From the NCBI GenBank assembly GCA_018433675.1, contig JAHDQS010000015.1, positions 62,170 to 126,169 on the forward strand: a DNA stretch of 64,000 bases. Direction: 5' to 3'. This DNA is from Clostridia bacterium. Its GTDB lineage: Bacteria; Bacillota; Peptococcia; DRI-13; SM3-B62. The notes beneath the pieces were generated by a model. It searched no databases. It was given only the letters and a program-made list of their open reading frames with translations, and was not told where the DNA came from. The translations under genes and the position numbers were made by a program. Of the stretch, positions 29,620-39,903 are shown in pieces; positions within the stretch are counted from its first letter, which is position 1; every line of letters begins with the position of its first letter.

Positions 29620-31710
29620 ATGAAAATTTTCGGAGAAAATGTATTCAATGATTCGGTTATGCGGGAGAGACTGCCAAAACCGGTGTATCAAGCGTTGCGT
29701 ACAACTATTGCGGAAGGACTGGCACTTGATGATTCCATCGCTGATGTTGTGGCTAATACCATGAAGGAATGGGCTATGGAGAGGGGTGCCACGCATTTTA
29801 CACATTGGTTTCAGCCGATGACCGGTGTAACTGCCGAAAAACATGACTCGTTCATCACCTTTACAGGAGACGGTAAGGTTATGATGGAGTTTTCAGGTAA
29901 AGAGCTTATTAAGGGTGAACCCGACGCTTCTTCTTTCCCCAGCGGCGGATTGCGCGCCACCTTTGAAGCCAGGGGTTATACAGCTTGGGACTGTACATCG
30001 CCGGCTTTTCTGAGGAAGGATGCCGGGATGGTGACCCTTTGTATTCCGACAGTCTTTTGCTCATATACCGGGGAAGTTCTGGATAAAAAAACACCTCTCT
30101 TAAAGTCAATGGAGGCTTTATCCAAGCAAGCGATGAGGATACTGCGGCTTTTTGGCAATAATACGGCGAAGAGAGTTATCAGCACGGTCGGGCCTGAACA
30201 GGAGTACTTTCTTATCGACCAAAAGTATTATCACAAGAGAGAGGATCTGTTGTTGACGGGCAGGACTCTTTTTGGAGCGATGCCCCCAAAGGGACAGGAG
30301 ATGGAAGATCATTATTTTGGTACTATCAAGGAACGTGTGGCGGCTTACATGAAGGAGCTTAATATAGAGTTGTGGAAGCTTGGTATTAAAGCAAAAACCC
30401 AGCATAATGAGGTGGCCCCCGGACAGTTCGAAATAGCGGCCATTTACGATTCCGCAAATATTGCCACCGACCATAACCAGTTGGTCATGGATTATTTAAA
30501 GAAGGTTGCCACCAGGCATGGTCTTGTCTGCCTATTGCACGAAAAACCCTTTGCCGGAGTAAATGGTTCAGGCAAGCATAACAACTGGTCGATGGCTACG
30601 GATGACGGGCAGAATTTACTGGAACCCGGTTCAAGTCCACATGCTAACGCACAGTTTTTGACCTTTTTATGTGCGGTGGTTAAAGCTGTGGATGATTATG
30701 CCGGCTTGCTGAGGGCTTCCTGTGCTAATGCGGGAAATGATCACAGATTAGGTGCTAACGAAGCTCCACCGGCGATTATTTCCGTATTTTTGGGAGAACA
30801 GCTTAACGATATCTTTGAACAATTAGGCAATGGTGGTGCCAAAACATGTAAAAACGCTGGCAATATGTCTGTCGGAGTGACTACTCTGCCTCCCCTGCCA
30901 AAGGATACCACCGACAGAAACAGGACGTCGCCCTTCGCCTTTACCGGGAACAAGTTTGAGTTCAGGATGGTGCCTTCCTCAATTTCCATTGCCGGACCCA
31001 ACTTTGTCTTGAATACCATCGTAGCTGAATCACTTGGGCAGATTGCCGATAGGCTGGAGACCGCCCAAGATTTTCGCGCCGAACTGCAAGTGGTGCTCAA
31101 GGAGATTGCTAACAAGCATAAAAGAATTGTTTTTAACGGTAACAACTATACAGAGGATTGGGTAACGGAGGCCAAAAAACGTGGCTTGCCTAATATCGCA
31201 TCAACAGTCGAAGCCCTGCCGGTATTAATCAAAAAGGAGACTATCGACCTTTTTGAAAGGCATAAAGTCTTAAACAAAGCGGAGATGGAAGCGCGATATG
31301 AGATTTCTTTGGAACGCTATTGTAAAGAGATCAACATCGAGGCACTGACGATGCTGGATATGGCAAAACGCCGCATCATGCCGGCCGTGATTAATTATGC
31401 GGCTCAGTTGGGTGAGGCGGTAAACAAGATATGTGCAACAACGGTCAGTGCAGATATTTCGGCGATTGAGGGCACCTTGGAAACTGTATTGCTCGGAATT
31501 ACGGAATTCAAACAAAAGATGGAAAAGCTTGAAAAGGCCTTGAATATTGCGCAGGAAACGGAGGAAATCTTAAGTAAAGCCGAACTATATCACGATAAAG
31601 TTTTTCAAGTCATGTTGCAACTAAGACAAGTAGGTGATAAACTGGAAGCTGTGACGGATGCGGAATTATGGCCGCTGCCGGTATATACTGAGATGCTTTT
31701 TGATTTGTGA
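29620..31710 (+). CDS. glnN: Glutamine synthetase type III
   Basis: 696 aa. The N-terminus [19 protein letters not shown]... and the ...THFTHWFQP... and [15 protein letters not shown] motifs are typical of GSIII. Confidence 0.9.
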   Translation: MKIFGENVFNDSVMRERLPKPVYQALRTTIAEGLALDDSIADVVANTMKEWAMERGATHFTHWFQPMTGVTAEKHDSFITFTGDGKVMMEFSGKELIKGEPDASSFPSGGLRATFEARGYTAWDCTSPAFLRKDAGMVTLCIPTVFCSYTGEVLDKKTPLLKSMEALSKQAMRILRLFGNNTAKRVISTVGPEQEYFLIDQKYYHKREDLLLTGRTLFGAMPPKGQEMEDHYFGTIKERVAAYMKELNIELWKLGIKAKTQHNEVAPGQFEIAAIYDSANIATDHNQLVMDYLKKVATRHGLVCLLHEKPFAGVNGSGKHNNWSMATDDGQNLLEPGSSPHANAQFLTFLCAVVKAVDDYAGLLRASCANAGNDHRLGANEAPPAIISVFLGEQLNDIFEQLGNGGAKTCKNAGNMSVGVTTLPPLPKDTTDRNRTSPFAFTGNKFEFRMVPSSISIAGPNFVLNTIVAESLGQIADRLETAQDFRAELQVVLKEIANKHKRIVFNGNNYTEDWVTEAKKRGLPNIASTVEALPVLIKKETIDLFERHKVLNKAEMEARYEISLERYCKEINIEALTMLDMAKRRIMPAVINYAAQLGEAVNKICATTVSADISAIEGTLETVLLGITEFKQKMEKLEKALNIAQETEEILSKAELYHDKVFQVMLQLRQVGDKLEAVTDAELWPLPVYTEMLFDL

Positions 31711-31747
31711 AAACAGTACTCCAGACAGTCGGATGGTTTAGAAAGAG

Positions 31748-31785
31748 CTGCTTGCGAGGATTTTCGCAAGCAGTGATTCATTTTG
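31748..31785 (+). terminator. Intrinsic terminator after the GSIII gene
   Basis: CTGCTTGCGA/TCGCAAGCAG 10-bp stem followed by T-rich sequence. Confidence 0.65.
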
Positions 31786-31840
31786 TATACAAAATGATCC
31801 CCGGGACAGGACTAATGGCAACAGGCAGAGGAAATGAGAT

Positions 31841-33232
31841 ATGAAAAAGATTTCGATATTATATGTTCTATTCTTATTAATTTATTTGACAAGGGAATTT
31901 GTTTCAAACGATTCCTTGTCTTATATTTTTGCCTTAGTCTTGCTGTTACTTGTTATTCAAGCTTTCCCAAAGTCAGCAGGTTCAAATCGGATTATTTCTC
32001 TTGTTCTTTTCGGGGCGGGAATAACCGCCCTTATCACCGTAAGGTCTGATGCCGAGCAGTGGATAATGGCCTTCACCGCCAATGGCGGGCTGGTCGCTTT
32101 TTTTCTTTCACTGCCCCTTTTTGCCGTAACCTTAAGCTACAAGGATTATAGGCAATCCATTAATAATCTGTTTGTGCAAAGGGTGCGAAGCAAAAGCGGT
32201 TTTTTAATCCTGGTATCGTGGGTGTCGTTACTGTTAAGCTCTATTTTAAACGTAGCCGCAGATTATATGCTCAATAATCTGTTGAGAAGTAGTGCTAAGC
32301 ACTACGGGACAAAGCATTATTTCTATCAAGCTCTTGCCAGGGGAAATATGGGAGCGGTGATGTGGGCGCCAAACTATATAGCGATCGCTACAGTGGTGAC
32401 CTGCACAGGCCTTGATTGGATCACTATAGCTCCGAGCGGCTTTTTGCTGGGTCTGCTGTATATGTTGCTATCTAATGTGGTGGTCTTTATTACTCATAAT
32501 TTCAGAAAGAACAAAGGACCGGAGCTGCCAGAGGTTTTTGCAAAGGAAGAAGACAAAGAAGAAGGGACGGACAGAGAAACGGAAAGGGGGATACCTGTTA
32601 CCGCCGGTTCTCTCAGTCATCTTTTCTTTGTGTTTTTAGGCCTCATACTCTTGGTTACCGCATTCAATATCCTCTCTGAATTTAGCATCATGACCATCAT
32701 TGTTATTACGGCTATTATTTATCCCCTGTTCCTGGCTGTTGTTTTCCAAAAAATTAACGTATATAAGGACCAGGTTGGAATATACCTTAGAACAAAACTT
32801 CCGGGAATTAAAAATGAGGTTGTTCTTTTTGCGGCGATAGGTTTTTTTGGAAAGGTTATGGATATAACAGGGATAGGTGGGGCGATTTTTTCCTATCTGC
32901 CGTTGGAGAGGATACCATTTACATTTTTATCTGTTTTTGTAATAATTATATTTATGGCGGCAATTTCGATGATTGGAGTTCATCCGATTGTCAGTGTTAC
33001 GGTTTTGTCCTCTGTGTTAATACCGGAGGCTATAGGGTTATCCCCTGTTGCCTTTGCTCAAATGTTTTTAATAGGATATATTGTTGCAGTGACATCTTCG
33101 CCCTTTTCAGCAATATCCTTAATAATATCAGGAATATCCGGTGAAAACACTTGGAACTCAGTGCCCCGGTGGAATATTTGTTTTAATCTGGTTGTGGCAT
33201 CAGTATTCTCAATTTTGCTGTCTTTGTTATAG
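31841..33232 (+). CDS. Polytopic integral membrane protein, permease-like, two hydrophobic halves joined by an acidic loop (function unknown)
   Basis: 463 aa and highly hydrophobic. The central KEEDKEEGTDRETERG loop divides two hydrophobic halves. SD GAGGAAA before the ATG. Confidence 0.6.
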   Translation: MKKISILYVLFLLIYLTREFVSNDSLSYIFALVLLLLVIQAFPKSAGSNRIISLVLFGAGITALITVRSDAEQWIMAFTANGGLVAFFLSLPLFAVTLSYKDYRQSINNLFVQRVRSKSGFLILVSWVSLLLSSILNVAADYMLNNLLRSSAKHYGTKHYFYQALARGNMGAVMWAPNYIAIATVVTCTGLDWITIAPSGFLLGLLYMLLSNVVVFITHNFRKNKGPELPEVFAKEEDKEEGTDRETERGIPVTAGSLSHLFFVFLGLILLVTAFNILSEFSIMTIIVITAIIYPLFLAVVFQKINVYKDQVGIYLRTKLPGIKNEVVLFAAIGFFGKVMDITGIGGAIFSYLPLERIPFTFLSVFVIIIFMAAISMIGVHPIVSVTVLSSVLIPEAIGLSPVAFAQMFLIGYIVAVTSSPFSAISLIISGISGENTWNSVPRWNICFNLVVASVFSILLSLL

Positions 33233-33264
33233 GAAAAGTTATAGGAAAAGTTATAGGAAAAGGG
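33229..33264. repeat. 12-bp tandem repeat (ATAGGAAAAGTT x2 plus a 10/12 third copy) starting at the stop codon of the membrane protein gene
   Basis: Read directly from the sequence. Confidence 0.9.
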
Positions 33265-33349
33265 TCTTAACATTTACTTAATTTTCCTGTATACTGTTGA
33301 GTCAGAGCGATTAGATATTTGAAAGAAGAAAAGTGGTGTCGAGGAGTTT

Positions 33350-33862
33350 ATGAACAGGCAGGAAATAAAAGAGTGGCTTCAAGTCATTGTTGTGGCGCTT
33401 ATTTTGGTGGTTATTATCAGGTCATTTATTCTTGATAACAGGATAGTTCCCAGTGTTTCGATGGTTCCCAGTATTCAACCCGGTGACCGACTGTTTGTGG
33501 AAAGAATAACCCACCGATTTAAAGGTATTGAAAGAGGTGAAGTTATTGTATTTGAGCCGCCCGAGCAGTCACAGCTAGAGGACGATCTGATTAAGAGAGT
33601 TATTGCTTTGCCCGGCGATACGGTGGAAATCAAGGACGGTAAGTTGTATATCAATGATACTCCTCAGGACGAGCCTTACTTGGCAGAGGAAATGAGTTAC
33701 ACCTATGAAAAAACGGTTGTGCCCGAAGAAAAGATTTTTGTCTTAGGCGATAATCGCAACAGATCTTTTGATTCGCACGCTTGGGGCTTTGTGGATATCG
33801 AAAGCGTAAAGGGCAAGGCACTGGTCACTTATTGGCCGTTAGATAGGGCTAAATTGTGGTGA
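33350..33862 (+). CDS. lepB: Signal peptidase I
   Basis: SMVPSIQPGD (catalytic Ser box), KRVIALPGD and GDNRNRSFDS motifs. Confidence 0.95.
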   Translation: MNRQEIKEWLQVIVVALILVVIIRSFILDNRIVPSVSMVPSIQPGDRLFVERITHRFKGIERGEVIVFEPPEQSQLEDDLIKRVIALPGDTVEIKDGKLYINDTPQDEPYLAEEMSYTYEKTVVPEEKIFVLGDNRNRSFDSHAWGFVDIESVKGKALVTYWPLDRAKLW

Positions 33863-33897
33863 TGGGATAGTGATTATAGCGGGAGTGAATTAACCTG

Positions 33898-35196
33898 ATG
33901 AAAAACGTTTCCTTTCTTCATTGTGCGGATATTCATCTGGGACATAAGCAATATAACGAACCGCAGCGCTTGTTGGATTTTGCGCAAGGGTTTAAACAGG
34001 TTGTTTGTTACGCAAAAGACGAAAAGGTTGATTTTGTCCTTATCAGCGGTGATTTTTTTCACAAAAGATCTATCAATGCCGATACTTTAACACAGGCTGT
34101 TGAATTATTAGAGCCTTTGAAGGAGGCAAATATCCCTGTGATTGCCATTGAGGGCAATCATGATAAAGCTCTTTACCAGGACAAGGGTTCCTGGCTGGAG
34201 TTTTTAAACAAGCAGGGCTATATTTGTCTCCTTTCGCCTATTTTTGCAGAGGGCAAGCTTGTGATGCAGCCTTGGGATGAAAAGGAACGCTATGGGTCCC
34301 GGATCGATTTGTGCGGGGTTAGGGTCTATGGAGTAGGTTATCTGGGTGTCACGACCGGAAGCAGACTGGAGGAGGTTTGTGCCTTTTTGCAGGAGGAAGC
34401 AGCAGGGGAAAGACAAGATTTTGTCGTCTTTATGTTGCATGCCGCCGTAAACAGATTAATGGGACAGGATCTAGGGGGTGTCAGAAAGGAAGAACTGGCG
34501 CCTTTTCGTGAGATGGTGGACTATTTTGCCTTGGGACATATTCACAGCAGGTATGAAATAGATGACTGGATATATAATCCCGGATCTTTGGAATGTGTCC
34601 ATTTAGATGAATATCATCCGGAACTGGAAAAGGGATTTTACCATGTAATCATCGACGGTGAGGGAAAAAGTGTCCGGTATATACGTAGCATACATCGGCC
34701 TGTTGCCCTGTACGATGTAAATGTGGAGGGCTTTGCGGGGCAAGGTGCCGTACGGGCCGGGATGATGAAAGAACTAGATAATCGACCACCTGTAAGTGGC
34801 TCGCAGGTTCAAATAAAACTGAAGGGTGAGATCGCTTTTAATCCTATACAGTTAGACACCGGAACTCTTGCGGAGGAGGTCAAGGAAAAATGTAATGCCC
34901 TGTATGTGGAGGTTTTAAATCATACCGATACTCCCGGTGGAAGAGCTATAGAAGTAAACAGCTTTGCGCGGCGGGCCGAAATCGAAAAAATTGCCTTAAA
35001 ACAGCTTTTAAACGATGAACGTGTATGGGAGACAGGCGATTTAGAGACTGCGGTCAGTATCGTGCAGAAAATAAAGGAAATGTCTCTTGCAGAGGAAGAG
35101 GATGCAGAGTTGTTTGAACTGCTTTTAAAGCACGCCGGACTCGCAAAGGATGAGGCAGAAAAGCCTGTGGCAGAAAAGGCAGGTGAAAGTTCATGA
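33898..35196 (+). CDS. sbcD: DNA repair exonuclease SbcD/Mre11-type metallophosphoesterase (YhaO-like)
   Basis: FLHCADIHLG, SGDFFH and GNHD motifs. Overlaps the start of the downstream Rad50-like gene. Confidence 0.85.
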   Translation: MKNVSFLHCADIHLGHKQYNEPQRLLDFAQGFKQVVCYAKDEKVDFVLISGDFFHKRSINADTLTQAVELLEPLKEANIPVIAIEGNHDKALYQDKGSWLEFLNKQGYICLLSPIFAEGKLVMQPWDEKERYGSRIDLCGVRVYGVGYLGVTTGSRLEEVCAFLQEEAAGERQDFVVFMLHAAVNRLMGQDLGGVRKEELAPFREMVDYFALGHIHSRYEIDDWIYNPGSLECVHLDEYHPELEKGFYHVIIDGEGKSVRYIRSIHRPVALYDVNVEGFAGQGAVRAGMMKELDNRPPVSGSQVQIKLKGEIAFNPIQLDTGTLAEEVKEKCNALYVEVLNHTDTPGGRAIEVNSFARRAEIEKIALKQLLNDERVWETGDLETAVSIVQKIKEMSLAEEEDAELFELLLKHAGLAKDEAEKPVAEKAGESS

Positions 35197-38100
35197 AACT
35201 CGTCAGCTTGACCCTGGAGAATATAAAAAGTTATGTTCTGGAAACAATCAACTTTTATGAAGGTGTTAATTTTATCAGCGGAATGAACGGTGCCGGTAAG
35301 AGCACCATCATTGAAGCTATTGGTTATGCACTTTTTGATGCCCATCCCTTCTCTTCCCAGCGTCAGTTTATCAGAGAGGGTGAAAAGAGCGGAACGATAA
35401 CGGTAGTGTTTGAAGCGGCGGATGAAAGGATTTACCGTGTTGAGCGACGGCTGCGTAATCCCACAGGTGGGGCGTGGGTAGTTTTTGATGAGCAGACGGG
35501 GACTGAGCTTAGTGAATTACACGGCAGTAAGGACGTTAAAGCCTGGCTGGCGGAAGCCATAGGTATGGCGGGAGATCTAGAACCTGTCTTGGTTTTCGAA
35601 GATATTATCGGCGTTTCTCAGGGCAGATTTATAGCTCCTTTTTTGGAAAAAGCAGCGGAAAGAAAAAGAAAGTTTAATACCATCTTGCAGTTGGAAAGCT
35701 ATCGTTTAGCTTTTGAAAAGACAAGAAGCTTGGAGACCTTTATTCAAAACGGTATTATGCAAAAAGAGAACGAGAAAGAAGTAATGGCTGTCAAAACAGA
35801 GGATTATGAAGAGTGTAAAACAGAGCTGGCTGCTTCCCAAGAGAAGGCGGAAAAGCTTAAGAATAAACTGAGAGAGGTCAACGAATCCTTAAAAGGTTTA
35901 GAGGGAAAAATCAATGCTCAGGAACAATTGAGAATTGATTTGGAAAGAAACGAAAAACAGCAACAGTTATTACAGATAAAAAGTGAAAACCTTTGTAAGC
36001 AAAGGGAGAAACTGGCGGAGGAAATAAAGAATGTCGTTGTATGTCGGAAGAAAGCGGAAGCAGCAAGGCCGGCCTACGAAGAGTATTGTAGGGAGTTGGA
36101 AATACAAAAGGAATTGGAAGACAAAAGGAAAAAAAGAGATACTGTGAAGGCGAACTTGCAATCCTTAGAGAATAAGGCAGCTGCTCTTTTTGCTGAAATA
36201 AATGCGGTAAAGGAGAATCGGGCCAAACAAGAGGAGACCTGGCAAAGAGAATTGGAAGAAGTTGACCAGGAAGGGCGACGTGCGGAGTGTAAACGTGCTA
36301 AGGAGTTTGAAAAAAAACTCAGAATGGAAAGGGTCCTGGAAATCGTTTCTGCACAAAAAGAGCACATCGGCGGTATTGATAAGCAATTAGAGGATTTACG
36401 GCAGGCAAAAGCAGTTATAGAGACAAAATTAGCCGGGTATCATCGACTTGTGACGGAAGAAAAAGAGTTAAAGGCAGCGTTGAAAAGGTGGTCAGAGTTG
36501 GAGCAGGCGGTTCGTAAGATGGAATCGTTGGCAGAGGAGTATGACTTGGCAAGGCAGGAACTGCAGTATATCAAGACAAGGGTGGATACCTTGGAAGAAA
36601 ACAAGCAGGCCTCTCGGGGAGGGCTATGTCCCTTTTTGCAAATGCCCTGTCAAAATGTAGAGGGGGATTTGACAGGTTATTTTGAGAAAGAAATCGCCAA
36701 AATCCTTCCCCAGAAAACAGTACTGGAAGAAAAGGCTACAAGGCTTGAAAAGGATTTGGCTGTGGCTGGGAAAGCTCAGGAAGAATTATTGGAACTGAGG
36801 AATAAAAAACAACAATGGGAAAAGATAAGGGCTGAACAGGATAGATGGGAAAAAGAACTGCTGACGGAGCAGACTGTTGTTTGGAAGATGGCGAAAAATA
36901 TCGAAGCCTCTAATGAGCAAAAGCGTTTACAAGATGCCGTACAGTCTATACTGAAAGAAGGTGGTCCGGAGCAAGAGCAGCTTATGAGTGAGATGCGGCC
37001 TCTGCGAAACGATTTGGATGAATGCTTGCATACCTACGGTAGAGAGCTGGGGGATATAGAAAAACAAAAGATAAGAGAGGATTTTGCTGCGAGTACTGCT
37101 CTTTTTTGCAGAATGCTCGAAGCTATCAGAAACTCCGGGGAATCCTTCTGGAACGCGGTTGCTAAAAAATCAGATGCTTTGCAGCGGCAATACCAAGCAG
37201 AAGTCAATATCTATGAAGAAAGACTTGATTTATTGAGACAGCGCTATAAGAAAATTAAACATAGTTTGAGTGAGTTAAAGCAAAGCAAAACAATTGAAAA
37301 CAAGACTAATGAGCTCAGTGCCATGCAGAACGAAATACTTTCCTTGCAAAAAGAGATCGAAATATATAAAGGGCTAGATGTTAGCTGGGAAAAAAATAGG
37401 GACAGTATTGAAAAACTACAGCCGATGTACCGTCAGTACGTACAGAATTCCGAGAGCGCCGAAAAAGAGAAGATACTGAGAAAGGATGACAGTCTTGCAG
37501 AAGTAGAGTTGCAAAGGATGCAGCTGGAGTCGGAGGAAGTGGAAAAAAGGTTGAGGTGCTTAAGAGAGAATTATAGTGCGGAGCTCCTTGTAAAGCTGCG
37601 AAAAAAGAGGGAAGAATTAGTGGGAGAGAAGGGTCAAAAAGAAGAAGAATTTAAGCGTGCGCTGCTTGATGCTCAAAGATATCAAAAACTGGTCGAAGAA
37701 AAGGAAGAGATTAAACAGCGGATCCGGGAATTAGGGAAGAAACTGGAAACAGAAAGAAAAGCCCAAGAACTGCTCGGGTTGGTTAGAAGGGTGCTGAATA
37801 AGAGCGGGGAAAAGATGGCACAAGTGTACCGCCAATATCTGGGACGAGAAGCGGATATGATATATCGTAAAGTTGCGGGCGAGAATGTTCTTCTTTATTG
37901 GGGAGAAGATTACGATATAAAGATTGTAGATGTCTTGGACGGGCAAGAACGGGAACGTGTTTTCAGCCAGCTTTCGGGAGGGGAAAAGATGACAGCGGCG
38001 TTGGCCGTAAGATTAGCACTGTTAAAATATCTTTCAGGCATAGGGTTGGGCTTTTTTGATGAACCTACTGCGAATCTTGATGAGACTAGACGTACAAACC

Positions 38101-38243
38101 TGGCCAGGCTTATCCCGGAAATAACAGCAAGCTTTCGACAGGTATTTGTCATCAGTCATGACGACAGCTTTGATTACTTAACGGAAAATGTCATTATGTT
38201 AAAAAAACTGTACCAAGAGGGGACAAAGCTGGTAAAAAGCTGA
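35193..38243 (+). CDS. sbcC: SbcC/Rad50-type SMC-like ATPase (YhaN-like)
   Basis: Walker A GMNGAGKST, a very long coiled coil, C-terminal LSGGEK signature and FFDEPTANLD Walker B. Central Cys pair CPFLQMPC. Confidence 0.9.
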   Translation: MKLVSLTLENIKSYVLETINFYEGVNFISGMNGAGKSTIIEAIGYALFDAHPFSSQRQFIREGEKSGTITVVFEAADERIYRVERRLRNPTGGAWVVFDEQTGTELSELHGSKDVKAWLAEAIGMAGDLEPVLVFEDIIGVSQGRFIAPFLEKAAERKRKFNTILQLESYRLAFEKTRSLETFIQNGIMQKENEKEVMAVKTEDYEECKTELAASQEKAEKLKNKLREVNESLKGLEGKINAQEQLRIDLERNEKQQQLLQIKSENLCKQREKLAEEIKNVVVCRKKAEAARPAYEEYCRELEIQKELEDKRKKRDTVKANLQSLENKAAALFAEINAVKENRAKQEETWQRELEEVDQEGRRAECKRAKEFEKKLRMERVLEIVSAQKEHIGGIDKQLEDLRQAKAVIETKLAGYHRLVTEEKELKAALKRWSELEQAVRKMESLAEEYDLARQELQYIKTRVDTLEENKQASRGGLCPFLQMPCQNVEGDLTGYFEKEIAKILPQKTVLEEKATRLEKDLAVAGKAQEELLELRNKKQQWEKIRAEQDRWEKELLTEQTVVWKMAKNIEASNEQKRLQDAVQSILKEGGPEQEQLMSEMRPLRNDLDECLHTYGRELGDIEKQKIREDFAASTALFCRMLEAIRNSGESFWNAVAKKSDALQRQYQAEVNIYEERLDLLRQRYKKIKHSLSELKQSKTIENKTNELSAMQNEILSLQKEIEIYKGLDVSWEKNRDSIEKLQPMYRQYVQNSESAEKEKILRKDDSLAEVELQRMQLESEEVEKRLRCLRENYSAELLVKLRKKREELVGEKGQKEEEFKRALLDAQRYQKLVEEKEEIKQRIRELGKKLETERKAQELLGLVRRVLNKSGEKMAQVYRQYLGREADMIYRKVAGENVLLYWGEDYDIKIVDVLDGQERERVFSQLSGGEKMTAALAVRLALLKYLSGIGLGFFDEPTANLDETRRTNLARLIPEITASFRQVFVISHDDSFDYLTENVIMLKKLYQEGTKLVKS

Positions 38244-38259
38244 ACATAAAAGTTTTAGA

Positions 38260-38297
38260 GCACCGACCCAAGATTCAAGGGGTTAGGTGCTTTTTTT
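38260..38297 (+). terminator. Intrinsic terminator after sbcC
   Basis: GCACC...GGTGC-based imperfect stem followed by T7. Confidence 0.6.
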
Positions 38298-38389
38298 GCA
38301 TTATCGGAAGTATATTTTAATAAGCGGAAACATGCACAAGAATGGTGTGCGCGGCATAGGATTATTTCGTATAAAACAAATAAAAGGAT

Positions 38390-38686
38390 GTGGAGAAAGC
38401 CGTGAGCATGAGTGAATTTATGAAGGCCTTATCTTCCCTGCCCCAAATAGTTGAAGCCATTAAAAAAATGAAGCAGGAGGAAATAGAGCATTTTGTCGGG
38501 CAGCTTGGTTTGGATGGAGAAGATAAGGAGTATGCCCAAAGGATTTTAACAAGCTTTCAACAAGGCAAAGAATTAAGTCTCCCGGAACAAATTGCTGCTC
38601 AAAAACTGCTCAATAAGGCTTTAGAGATGGGCAGTATGGACTTAACGTCGGTACTGGGCTTGCTGGGAACCAAACACACTTATTAA
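38390..38686 (+). CDS. Hypothetical small helical acidic protein (98 aa)
   Basis: ORF with GGAGA upstream. First gene of the small-protein cassette. The true start may be the ATG at 38408. Confidence 0.55.
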   Translation: MEKAVSMSEFMKALSSLPQIVEAIKKMKQEEIEHFVGQLGLDGEDKEYAQRILTSFQQGKELSLPEQIAAQKLLNKALEMGSMDLTSVLGLLGTKHTY

Positions 38687-38722
38687 AGAGAACTCATATG
38701 ATAAAGATAAAGATAAAGAAAA

Positions 38723-39256
38723 ATGTTAAGAGATGGGCAAAAAAGAGGTGAAGCTGTGGCGAGTTTAAGAGTTACTTACGACGGAGACAGAAGGCAAGAA
38801 ATGCCAAGACGTGTGCCATATTATCCAAACAAGCAGAAGACGTATGAGCCGCAGAGGCCGTCGGCGCTGCCTTTAGATTTAGAGGACTCTGCCGAAGAAT
38901 CAAAGGATGAAATAAAAGAACAAAAAAACTGCGCCGTTGTAAGTGAGGTGTTAATTACCAAACTTGAAACGGCGGAGTCCGGGTTGAATGGTATTAGAGG
39001 ACAGGTCGACCTTGCCAAGGCCTTCTTTGACGATCTTCTTTATAAAATGGAAAGTGCCATGCAAATAATTGAAATCATCAAAATGAATGAAGAAAGAAAA
39101 CACATTAACTCCGCTGCACAAGTGACAGGGCAGAAGACAGAAAAGGATACCGTTGATGATCTCCTTGAATTACTGCAGACACCGGCGTTGCAGGGTGTAT
39201 TGCGGCAGTTGCTTGTAAGTATTTTGATCGGTAAAGAGGAGAATGTGCAACAATAA
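38723..39256 (+). CDS. Hypothetical protein (177 aa), paralogue of 39904-40227
   Basis: Shares the C-terminal motif DDLLELLQTPALQGVLRQLLVSIL with the 107-aa ORF (DSLLEMLKTPAFQNIARQALMRIV). Confidence 0.6.
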   Translation: MLRDGQKRGEAVASLRVTYDGDRRQEMPRRVPYYPNKQKTYEPQRPSALPLDLEDSAEESKDEIKEQKNCAVVSEVLITKLETAESGLNGIRGQVDLAKAFFDDLLYKMESAMQIIEIIKMNEERKHINSAAQVTGQKTEKDTVDDLLELLQTPALQGVLRQLLVSILIGKEENVQQ

Positions 39257-39317
39257 ATGATTGTAACGCTTTATAAATGTCGGTCATAGAATATTTACAC
39301 AGAGGAGGTAGGGGCGG

Positions 39318-39500
39318 ATGATTAATGATGTTAACACCGAACCCGTTAAAAGAAAGGCGGAAAAGCAAAAGGAGCAGATGCTAACAGTATTAGGGCATAA
39401 AATATCTTATTCCAAGGCATTTGGTATAGCATTCTTAGTTATCTTTATCCTGCTTTTCTTTCCGGGCATAGGGATTACTGAAGGAACACAAAAAAAGTGA
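39318..39500 (+). CDS. Tiny single-TM protein (60 aa)
   Basis: GAGGAGG lies 8 nt before the ATG. TM core AFGIAFLVIFILLFFPGIG. Confidence 0.6.
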   Translation: MINDVNTEPVKRKAEKQKEQMLTVLGHKISYSKAFGIAFLVIFILLFFPGIGITEGTQKK

Positions 39501-39528
39501 AAACAACAACTTATAGGAGGGGATTATA

Positions 39529-39651
39529 ATGGAACAAAGTGCTGGCGTTGAGTATTATGGGGGTTTTAGTTGGATTTGGATAATATTTGGGATTATCCTG
39601 CTCGTAATACTGTTTTCTTGTATCTGTAGACCAGCGTTTCCTTGTTATTAG
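39529..39651 (+). CDS. Tiny single-TM peptide (40 aa), YjcZ/'tiny TM'-like; not in the ORF track
   Basis: AGGAGGGG SD then ATG. Product is MEQSAGVEYYGGFSWIWIIFGIILLVILFSCICRPAFPCY. Confidence 0.55.
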   Translation: MEQSAGVEYYGGFSWIWIIFGIILLVILFSCICRPAFPCY

Positions 39652-39727
39652 TACAAAAACATTCTTCTTCTCATAGAGAAGGCAAGAGGGATAAAAATCC
39701 CGAAAAAAACAAAGGAGGTATAAATCA

Positions 39728-39844
39728 ATGGCAGAAACAAGTGCTCCCGGCTGCTATCCTGGTCGCAGTAACTTTGCAATATTATTCCTGGTGATTTTAA
39801 TTCTGCTTCTTTTCCCGAGCTTCTTTGGCGGTTGTGGCTATTAA
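39728..39844 (+). CDS. Tiny single-TM peptide (38 aa), YjcZ/'tiny TM'-like; not in the ORF track
   Basis: AAAGGAGG SD then ATG. Product is MAETSAPGCYPGRSNFAILFLVILILLLFPSFFGGCGY. Confidence 0.55.
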   Translation: MAETSAPGCYPGRSNFAILFLVILILLLFPSFFGGCGY

Positions 39845-39852
39845 TAGAAGTT

Positions 39853-39883
39853 AAGGGGGCGCAGTCGATGGCTGCGTCCCCTT
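39853..39883 (+). other. GC-rich intercistronic stem-loop without U-tract
   Basis: AAGGGGGCGCAG/CTGCGTCCCCTT 12-bp stem (one G-U pair) with a 7-nt loop. The SD of the next gene follows directly. Confidence 0.6.
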
Positions 39884-39903
39884 AGCTAAAGGGAGGCGAA
39901 GGT

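Noticed and set aside
33229-33264. 12-bp tandem repeat after the membrane protein gene, considered as a CRISPR-like or regulatory array
   Set aside because: There are only about 2.8 copies and no spacers. It most likely arose by slippage duplication at the gene end.
33898-38243. Mre11/Rad50-like pair considered as an SMC-type anti-phage system (Lamassu/Wadjet/Gabija-like)
   Set aside because: The architecture is the canonical SbcD-SbcC (YhaO/YhaN-like) pair with an overlapping stop and start. There is no extra effector, nuclease or kleisin gene. The neighbours are housekeeping genes (lepB upstream), and I saw no mobile-element context.
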